From Escherichia coli O127:H6 str. E2348/69 (GTDB taxonomy: Bacteria; Pseudomonadota; Gammaproteobacteria; Enterobacterales; Enterobacteriaceae), in the NCBI RefSeq assembly GCF_000026545.1, contig NC_011601.1: 64,000 nt of DNA. One strand, written 5' to 3'. The notes beneath the pieces were generated by a model. It did no database searches. It worked only from the letters and a program-made list of their open reading frames with translations, and was not told the DNA's origin. A program made the translations under genes and the position numbers. This document shows positions 56,293 to 64,000 of the stretch, piece after piece; position 1 is the stretch's first letter; each line of letters starts with the position of its first letter.

Positions 56293-57547
56293 ACGCAGGC
56301 TGGAGCGTTGCGCCAATCCCATCTTCGTCTGGCTGTAGTTTCAGTGCGTTACACAGAGTTTGCCGACTGGCATCTGTTATCTCAACGTTTATATCACCAG
56401 TAACTTCCCCTTTCACATTGATGAAGTCAGGTGAAATTTCTTTCGCACTGGTTTGCAGGCAAATCGCTCCCTCTCCGCGCAGGCGTTTCACTTTCAGTTG
56501 CACATGCGTTGCCGTACCAGTGATTAGCCACAGTTTTCCGCCATTGAGATTGATGTTACCAACACTGAAAGTGACACCGTCACCTTTTACCGTACTGCCG
56601 TCGAGAATCAATACACCGCCCTGCTGTACAGTAATCGTTGATTGTTGCAGATCTGCGCCATAGCCAATAATCATTGAAGCGCCGTCCAGTAATGCAACAC
56701 TCCCGGTCAGTTCAACCGGTGCGCGATCTTCCTCTACGACAAAATTTTCGTCCGCGCTGGTGGGGGACAACAGGATGACTGTCCCACCTTGTATTACCGC
56801 ATTTTCCAGCGTACCGGCATGCACTTCAGCCCGACCACCCACATTAACGGACAGGTTTTGCGTCTTACCGGAACTGTAGAGCTGAAGACCATCCGTCCCC
56901 AGACGATAAGTGGATCCATTCTCAACAATAGTGTCAGAGTCTTCACCACCGAGATTATTCATGGTGCCACCAGCAAGCAATGTATCACTGGCTTTCCCCG
57001 CCAGCATAAAAACGCCGCCCTGATTAATCTCACAATTGCTGGCTTCCCCACCTGGATACACCAACAATTCACCACCTTCATCTACCACGACCGCTGAGGT
57101 TGTCCCATTGACCAACAGGCCACCCTCTTGATCGAGAATAATTTTTTCCGCGCGATGGCCTTCCAGTACACGCAGGTTACCGCCGTTTTCCAGCAACAAA
57201 CCGCAGGCATAACCTTTATCAACGCTGAATTCACCTTCGGGATGGCGGCCATTAACCGTAGCGAGAGTAGAGAGACTAATTGCGCCTCCCTCGGACTGAA
57301 CAATATCTGTGGCAATGGCACCGTCGCTGACCGATAGCGTGCCATTGTTACCGTACTGTGTGCATTTGGCTATCCCACCGGTTGCCACTTTCAACCAGCC
57401 AGCCCCCGTGACCACGGTATTTTCGGCTCTTCCGCCAGCTTCAACAATCAACTCGCCTTCAGTAAGTTGCGTCGCGCCAATAACCTCGCCGGTCTTAACA
57501 ATTTGCACGTTCCCGTCGCTCATCAAGTTTTTCGCATCAGATCCCAT
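56291..57547 (-). CDS. ydhQ: autotransporter-adhesin-related protein YdhQ (beta-helix repeats)
   Basis: 418 aa, Gly/Thr/Asn-rich repetitive passenger-like sequence. Confidence 0.85.
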   Translation of the reverse strand: MGSDAKNLMSDGNVQIVKTGEVIGATQLTEGELIVEAGGRAENTVVTGAGWLKVATGGIAKCTQYGNNGTLSVSDGAIATDIVQSEGGAISLSTLATVNGRHPEGEFSVDKGYACGLLLENGGNLRVLEGHRAEKIILDQEGGLLVNGTTSAVVVDEGGELLVYPGGEASNCEINQGGVFMLAGKASDTLLAGGTMNNLGGEDSDTIVENGSTYRLGTDGLQLYSSGKTQNLSVNVGGRAEVHAGTLENAVIQGGTVILLSPTSADENFVVEEDRAPVELTGSVALLDGASMIIGYGADLQQSTITVQQGGVLILDGSTVKGDGVTFSVGNINLNGGKLWLITGTATHVQLKVKRLRGEGAICLQTSAKEISPDFINVKGEVTGDINVEITDASRQTLCNALKLQPDEDGIGATLQPA

Positions 57548-57854
57548 GATTTATTCCTTTGCTGCATCTGTGTGCCTTTATTGCTACCTAAGTGTAAAGG
57601 CTACGAAGGATTTATCCACGACTGATTTGAGATGGTGGCAAACAACTCTGTTAAAACTCTAATACACGGATTATTGGGTTGTGTCAGATGTAAATGCGAT
57701 CCTGAATAAAAATCACCCTTGCAAATCAACAAAATATAGCCAATTTGTTTAAAAGCTCTGCAAACGGTCGAAATACCGCAGAAAATTACATTTTGCCTCT
57801 TGCCACCTTCCCACTCTGCCGCTAATATTCGTCCCCGTTGTCACCTACAACGTT

Positions 57855-57931
57855 GCGTTCATAGCTCAGTTGGTTAGAGCACCACCTTGACATGGTGGGG
57901 GTCGTTGGTTCGAGTCCAATTGAACGCACCA
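57855..57931 (+). tRNA. valV: tRNA-Val (anticodon GAC)
   Basis: 77 nt with acceptor stem GCGTTCA/TGAACGC, anticodon loop cTTGACAtg, TTCGAGTCC T-arm, 3' CCA. Confidence 0.95.
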
Positions 57932-57935
57932 TCCT

Positions 57936-58012
57936 GCGTCCGTAGCTCAGTTGGTTAGAGCACCACCTTGACATGGTGGGGGTCGGTGGTTCGAGTCCAC
58001 TCGGACGCACCA
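57936..58012 (+). tRNA. valW: tRNA-Val (anticodon GAC), tandem second copy
   Basis: 77 nt, near-identical to the preceding copy (acceptor stem GCGTCCG), 4-nt spacer. Confidence 0.95.
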
Positions 58013-58045
58013 GATTTTCTTAATCTGGTCTTCTCTCTTCTTTTT
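58009..58045 (+). terminator. terminator after the tRNA-Val pair
   Basis: accagatt-ttctt-aatctggt hairpin followed by a T-rich tract. Confidence 0.6.
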
Positions 58046-58123
58046 TCCTCTGTTTCTTCCCTGTATCCAATGCGTTAAAAGATTTACACTGTCTCCTTAT
58101 GCGTTATCAGAAGGAGAATCGCT

Positions 58124-58429
58124 ATGGCAACTTTGTTACAACTTCATTTTGCTTTTAATGGCCCATTTGGAGATGCAATGGCTGAGCAGCTTAAACCGCT
58201 TGCTGAGTCGATTAACCAGGAACCTGGTTTTCTCTGGAAGGTATGGACCGAAAGTGAAAAGAACCACGAAGCCGGTGGGATCTACCTTTTCACTGATGAA
58301 AAAAGCGCCCTTGCCTATCAGGAAAAACGCACTGCCCGACTGAAAAATCTCGGCGTTGAGGAAGTGGTCGCCAAAGTTTTCGATGTCAATGAGCCTCTGA
58401 GTCAACTCAATCAGGCAAAACTCGCCTGA
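58124..58429 (+). CDS. ydhR: putative monooxygenase YdhR
   Basis: 101-aa ORF starting [22 protein letters not shown]. Confidence 0.9.
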   Translation: MATLLQLHFAFNGPFGDAMAEQLKPLAESINQEPGFLWKVWTESEKNHEAGGIYLFTDEKSALAYQEKRTARLKNLGVEEVVAKVFDVNEPLSQLNQAKLA

Positions 58430-58441
58430 CAGATTTTAATC

Positions 58442-58463
58442 AAGGGCGGTTAGCGCCCTTTTC
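58442..58463 (+). terminator. intrinsic terminator of ydhR
   Basis: aagggcg-gttag-cgccctt hairpin followed by TTTT. Confidence 0.7.
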
Positions 58464-58554
58464 ATCCCTGTCTGAAATTTCTCAAATTCTAAAAATTTCA
58501 ACCAAACTTATCTGATAACACTAAATTCGAAAGAATGCGTACAGGTAAGTAACA

Positions 58555-60159
58555 ATGAAAAAAATTGCTATTGTGGGTGCCGGGCCTACGGGGATCTACA
58601 CCTTATTCTCGCTTCTACAGCAACAAACGCCACTTTCAATTTCTATCTTCGAGCAGGCTGACAAAGCCGGTGTCGGGATGCCATACAGTGATGAGGAAAA
58701 CTCAAAAATGATGCTGGCAAATATTGCCAGTATTGAAATCCCGCCGATTTATTGTACGTATCTCGAATGGCTACAAAAGCAAGAAGCCAGCCATCTCCAA
58801 CGTTATGGCGTTAAAAAAGAAACCTTGCACGATCGTCAATTTTTACCGCGAATTCTGCTGGGCGAATATTTCCGCGATCAATTTTTACGATTAGTAGACC
58901 AGGCACGACAGCAAAAATTTGCAGTGGCTGTTTATGAATCATGCCAGGTTACCGATCTGCAAATTACAAATGCTGGCGTCATGCTCGCTACAAATCAGGA
59001 TTTACCCAGCGAGACGTTTGATTTAGCGGTGATCGCAACGGGGCACGTCTGGCCTGATGAAGAAGAAGCAACCAGAACGTATTTTCCCAGCCCGTGGTCA
59101 GGCCTGATGGAAGCAAAGGTCGATGCGTGTAACGTGGGTATTATGGGAACATCCTTGAGCGGACTGGATGCGGCAATGGCAGTGGCTATTCGGCATGGTT
59201 CGTTCATTGAAGATGATAAACAACACGTCACTTTTCACCGCGATAACGCAAGTGAAAAGCTAAATATTACGTTAATGTCGCGCACAGGTATTTTACCCGA
59301 AGCCGATTTCTATTGCCCTATTCCCTACGAGCCCTTACACATCATCACTGATCAGGCATTAAATGCTGAGATTCAAAAAGGCGAAGTGGGCCTTTTGGAT
59401 CGGGTATTTAGATTGATAGTAGAGGAAATCAAGTTTGCTGATCCAGACTGGAGCCAACGCATAGCCTTAGAGAGCCTGAATGTCGATTCCTTTGCTCAAG
59501 CCTGGTTTGCCGAGCGCAAACAACGCGACCCATTTGACTGGGCAGAAGAAAATCTCCAGGAAGTCGAACGCAATAAACGAGAAAAACACACTGTTCCCTG
59601 GCGTTATGTCCTTCTGCGCATGCATGAAGCCGCACAGGAAATTGTTCCGTATCTGAATGAACACGACCATAAACGGTTCAGTAAGGGCCTTGCCCGGGTT
59701 TTCATCGATAATTATGCCGCAATCCCTTCAGAGTCTATTCGTCGACTACTGGCCTTGCGTGAAGCAGGAATCATTCATATTCTCGCTCTCGGTGAAGACT
59801 ACGAAATGGAAATTAATGAGTCGCGCACCGTCCTGAAAACGGAAGACAACAGCTACTCGTTTGACGTTTTTATTGATGCCCGCGGGCAGCGTCCGCTTAA
59901 AGTGAAAGATATTCCTTTCCCAGGGCTACGCGAACAATTACAGAAAACAGGCGATGAAATACCGGATGTTGGCGAAGATTATACATTACAGCAACCCGAA
60001 GATATTCGTGGGCGCGTAGCGTTCGGCGCGTTGCCCTGGTTGATGTACGACCAGCCTTTCGTTCAGGGACTTACGGCATGTGCAGAAATTGGTGAGGCGA
60101 TGGCTCGGGCGGTCGTAAAACCTGCATCCCGTGCGCGTCGGCGTCTTTCGTTTGATTAA
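58555..60159 (+). CDS. ydhS: FAD/NAD(P)-binding protein YdhS
   Basis: 534 aa, N-terminal dinucleotide-binding motif IAIVGAGPTG. Confidence 0.9.
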   Translation: MKKIAIVGAGPTGIYTLFSLLQQQTPLSISIFEQADKAGVGMPYSDEENSKMMLANIASIEIPPIYCTYLEWLQKQEASHLQRYGVKKETLHDRQFLPRILLGEYFRDQFLRLVDQARQQKFAVAVYESCQVTDLQITNAGVMLATNQDLPSETFDLAVIATGHVWPDEEEATRTYFPSPWSGLMEAKVDACNVGIMGTSLSGLDAAMAVAIRHGSFIEDDKQHVTFHRDNASEKLNITLMSRTGILPEADFYCPIPYEPLHIITDQALNAEIQKGEVGLLDRVFRLIVEEIKFADPDWSQRIALESLNVDSFAQAWFAERKQRDPFDWAEENLQEVERNKREKHTVPWRYVLLRMHEAAQEIVPYLNEHDHKRFSKGLARVFIDNYAAIPSESIRRLLALREAGIIHILALGEDYEMEINESRTVLKTEDNSYSFDVFIDARGQRPLKVKDIPFPGLREQLQKTGDEIPDVGEDYTLQQPEDIRGRVAFGALPWLMYDQPFVQGLTACAEIGEAMARAVVKPASRARRRLSFD

Positions 60160-60170
60160 AGGTAAATCTA

Positions 60171-60983
60171 TCAGCACTCAACAAACTGATGTTGTTCATT
60201 AAGACGATAGCGGACTCCGGCTCGAATATTGTTTTCACCTTCAATGGCGACGGCGAAGCGAACTCTTTCGCCGTCATGATATGCCAGTGCGGCGCATCCC
60301 CCTGGCCCGAGAATAATTGAGTCGACCACGCCCGTGCTCACTACTGTTGAATTTTCACCGCTGGCAATGATGTGTACATTGTCGCCGCTGTTGGCAATTC
60401 TGGCGTTTGCGCCAAAGCTGGCGATTTGCACCAGGTCACCATTACTGGCGACATGACACCGTTCACCCAATGTACAAACGCGTACTCGCATTCCGGTATT
60501 CGCAATCCGACTGCTATCTCCAGCGCTGCTTATCCGCGAAGAATTACCGGTTACAGCAACCCGTGCGCGTGCACCGGAGCTGCCAATGTGACTGTTAAAG
60601 CCGACACATCCAATCCGCACGCTATAACCCATACTGGCAATTTGCGCGGCATACCCAGCGGTTGCGATTCTGGCGTTATCCTCACAACAGCCGATGCGAG
60701 CATGATCGTCGCTGCGGGCAAACTGACTGCAAAATAGTCGTTCTCCGGGATCTGTGGCCAGTTTTTGCATAGAAGAAACTTCCTGATGCGCGAAGTTTTC
60801 ATCCGCCAGCCATTTTTTCCACGCATACTCAACCAGACTCTCCGCCCAGTCCGTATATCCTTCCTCAATTAGTGCATGATGAATATCGGCATAACTACCG
60901 CCACGTGGGAAATGGCGCAGAAACCAGCGATACATCACCGCTCCGATACGCCATTCTCGCAGGTCTGCTCGTGTAATGATCAT
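60171..60983 (-). CDS. ydhT: FNR-regulated protein YdhT
   Basis: 270-aa ORF at the conserved position in the ydhYVWXUT cluster. Confidence 0.85.
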   Translation of the reverse strand: MIITRADLREWRIGAVMYRWFLRHFPRGGSYADIHHALIEEGYTDWAESLVEYAWKKWLADENFAHQEVSSMQKLATDPGERLFCSQFARSDDHARIGCCEDNARIATAGYAAQIASMGYSVRIGCVGFNSHIGSSGARARVAVTGNSSRISSAGDSSRIANTGMRVRVCTLGERCHVASNGDLVQIASFGANARIANSGDNVHIIASGENSTVVSTGVVDSIILGPGGCAALAYHDGERVRFAVAIEGENNIRAGVRYRLNEQHQFVEC

Positions 60984-60986
60984 TCG

Positions 60987-61772
60987 TTAGTGCCGGTGAT
61001 AGCCATCGACCATGCTTTTAAAGGTTTCGTGTGGCGTACGCCCCGTGGTGCAAAGATAAAGATGACCGAAGATAAAAAAGAGGCTTATAAATGCCAGAGC
61101 AAAATGCGCCTGCAATAACCAGTATCTTACGCCAGGAAACATATCTCCCACGGCTTGCGGATAGAGACACAGCAGCCCCGTCAATAGTAACAATGGCAGC
61201 AATCCATACATGACACCAACATAGGCGACCTGCTGTAAGGGATTAAATTTAGACTGGGTTGTTGCCGGGAAAGGATGTTCTTCCCCCTGCATAATGCCAA
61301 ACAAATAAAATCGCGTTTGTTTTGCCGCTCGATCCAGCCAACCCTGACGACGAATGCGATAGTGGTGACCATTACCCCCAACGGCATTGATCAGAACAAA
61401 GCCAAGCCAGCATGCCAGTAACAAAAATCCGCAAACTTCATGCACCGCAACCAGACTTTTAACCGCAGTTGCGCCCACCAGCGCAAAGTGATTTATCAGC
61501 CCACTTGCCAGCAACAATACAAAGAGTAACGCATTCGACCAGTGCCATAATCTGACCGCTTTGCTGTAAAGATAAATCCTCTCACCATGATCGGTGGCTG
61601 ATTTCTTCACGCCACGAGCACGAAGCAAGGCATGTAGCCCCAGCACCAACCACATCCCAACCAGCAATAGTCCGGCAATGATCAACCACACCGGCCAAAA
61701 TTGGGGGGTGAACTGTGGCACATAGTTCGCCAACTGGCTCTGAAACTGTTCAGCATGTTGCGACGGGTTCAT
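60987..61772 (-). CDS. ydhU: PhsC-like membrane cytochrome b YdhU
   Basis: 261 aa with multiple TM helices. Confidence 0.85.
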   Translation of the reverse strand: MNPSQHAEQFQSQLANYVPQFTPQFWPVWLIIAGLLLVGMWLVLGLHALLRARGVKKSATDHGERIYLYSKAVRLWHWSNALLFVLLLASGLINHFALVGATAVKSLVAVHEVCGFLLLACWLGFVLINAVGGNGHHYRIRRQGWLDRAAKQTRFYLFGIMQGEEHPFPATTQSKFNPLQQVAYVGVMYGLLPLLLLTGLLCLYPQAVGDMFPGVRYWLLQAHFALAFISLFFIFGHLYLCTTGRTPHETFKSMVDGYHRH

Positions 61773-62437
61773 ACATTTTCCTTTTTAATCAAATGTTGAC
61801 CGAACCGGCGATACAGATGCGGTTTCCCGGCGCCAAGTAGCTGATATTGATAGTATTTATTTTCCTGCAACCACGCCTGAATTTCTGGGCTATCTTCGTG
61901 ACCAAAGATCAATGCGTGTTCCGGGCAGGCACTGACGCAAATGGGCGGAAAGCCTTTTGCCAGTCGGGTCTCAGCGCAGAAATCACATTTATCTGCCACT
62001 TTAGTGACAGGGTTAAGGTAGCGAACCTGGTACGGGCAAGCGCCAATGCAATAACTGCAGCCGATGCACTGCGATTTTTCTACCCGCACGATCCCCTGCT
62101 CATCACGCCACGACGCCCCTGTCGGGCAAACGTCGATGCAAGGAGCATCTTCGCAGTGCTGACATGACTGGCGAAAAAAGTGATACTGCGTTCCATTGTC
62201 GTTATCGATGACTGGAATGTGTGCTATCGATAAACGGCTTCCCTGAGCGGGGACGTGGTTAGTTTTACGGCATGCGCGGGCGCAGATATTACAGCCATTG
62301 CACCGTGACTCGTCATGAATCATGGCATACCGAACTTCCTTTTCTTGCCTCGTATTCGCTAACAGAGAAGACGCAGAACCAGTAAAAAAGATTACTGTTC
62401 CCATCCTCAGAACAAATTTGCGTCGAGTGAAGGACAT
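61769..62437 (-). CDS. ydhX: 4Fe-4S ferredoxin-type protein YdhX (Tat signal)
   Basis: Start chosen at MSFTRRKFVL (twin-arginine motif); multiple CxxCxxCxxxCP clusters; the ORF track extends 17 codons further upstream. Confidence 0.85.
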   Translation of the reverse strand: MSFTRRKFVLRMGTVIFFTGSASSLLANTRQEKEVRYAMIHDESRCNGCNICARACRKTNHVPAQGSRLSIAHIPVIDNDNGTQYHFFRQSCQHCEDAPCIDVCPTGASWRDEQGIVRVEKSQCIGCSYCIGACPYQVRYLNPVTKVADKCDFCAETRLAKGFPPICVSACPEHALIFGHEDSPEIQAWLQENKYYQYQLLGAGKPHLYRRFGQHLIKKENV

Positions 62438-62500
62438 CTGATTATCCCCTAATGCAGTGGCTGCAACTGTCCACCCTATCCATGACATCCCCCTGAAATT

Positions 62501-63148
62501 TCAGGGGTTCTGAAACTGCTCTACCTCGAACCATTCGCATAAGCCATACGCCTTGCCATAGGTCATAAATCGCTCGCTAAACAAGTACAACACTGCCGTC
62601 GATGACTCCACCTGCCGTATATCGGCATATTCAGGTGCAACATCCATCGTGGCGATCGCGGCTTCAATCTGCGCTTCCTGGAAGTAATATGGCGCTTGCA
62701 TCAGCATGGCGACTTTGTAAGGACGAGGATACGTCTGGCACTCAAAACGAACGGCGTGTGCAATGGCGCGACAAATGTCCTGCTCCACAACTTGCAAAGA
62801 CATCGCTGCGTAGTTTTCACTCATGGCCTGCGTTGAGTAATAGTAATCATCCTGGCTTCCCGTCATACAAGCGATATCCGCGTAGTCTCCGTTCTGCTTA
62901 ATGTTTTCCAGCAAAACTGACAGTTCCTCTTCTGCAACCGAATAGGGTGGCGAGAGAAACACGGCGCGCGCCACCAGCTGCCCAGCCGCAGAATGCTGGC
63001 GAATGAACTCTGCCAGAATTTCAGCCGGTTCTGGTTCGGTTACCGTATCAACGGGGTGACGCATCCCCTGCAACCATTGCCGCTTCGCCTCATCAATTTC
63101 GCTGACTTCCGCTAACGGCAATTCATCCTGATGGTTCATCTCTCCCAT
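62501..63148 (-). CDS. ydhW: protein YdhW
   Basis: 215-aa ORF at the conserved position. Confidence 0.85.
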   Translation of the reverse strand: MGEMNHQDELPLAEVSEIDEAKRQWLQGMRHPVDTVTEPEPAEILAEFIRQHSAAGQLVARAVFLSPPYSVAEEELSVLLENIKQNGDYADIACMTGSQDDYYYSTQAMSENYAAMSLQVVEQDICRAIAHAVRFECQTYPRPYKVAMLMQAPYYFQEAQIEAAIATMDVAPEYADIRQVESSTAVLYLFSERFMTYGKAYGLCEWFEVEQFQNP

Positions 63149-63151
63149 TCC

Positions 63152-64000
<849 letters not shown>

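Overview
This window is ordinary Escherichia coli core chromosome, syntenic gene-for-gene with the K-12 interval tus to ydhV; I found no novel multi-gene system, foreign island, prophage, CRISPR array or rRNA. Gene order is tus', fumC, fumA, manA, ydgA, uidCBA, uidR, hdhA, malI, malXY, add, ydgJ, blr, cnu, ydgK, rsxABCDGE, nth, dtpA, gstA, pdxY, tyrS, pdxH, mliC, anmK, slyB, slyA, ydhIJK, sodC, ydhF, ydhL, nemR, nemA, gloA, rnt, grxD, mepH, sodB, ydhP, ynhF, purR, punR, punC, cfa, ribC, mdtK, ydhQ, two tRNA-Val, ydhR, ydhS, ydhTUXW, ydhV'. Gene calls rest on reading the supplied translations and recognising the proteins from memory; no database search was run. Three things depart from the K-12 layout as I remember it and are the main points of interest: (1) an IS200 element of about 0.7 kb inserted between add and ydgJ; (2) lhr reduced to a frameshifted remnant of about 230 bp between rnt and grxD, implying an internal deletion of roughly 4.4 kb; (3) an in-frame TGA stop inside uidC. 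Secondary observations are a 96-bp tandem repeat array inside rsxC, operator-like palindromes in the uid, malI/malX, purR, slyA and nemR control regions, and the poorly characterised ydhQ and ydhTUXWV genes.
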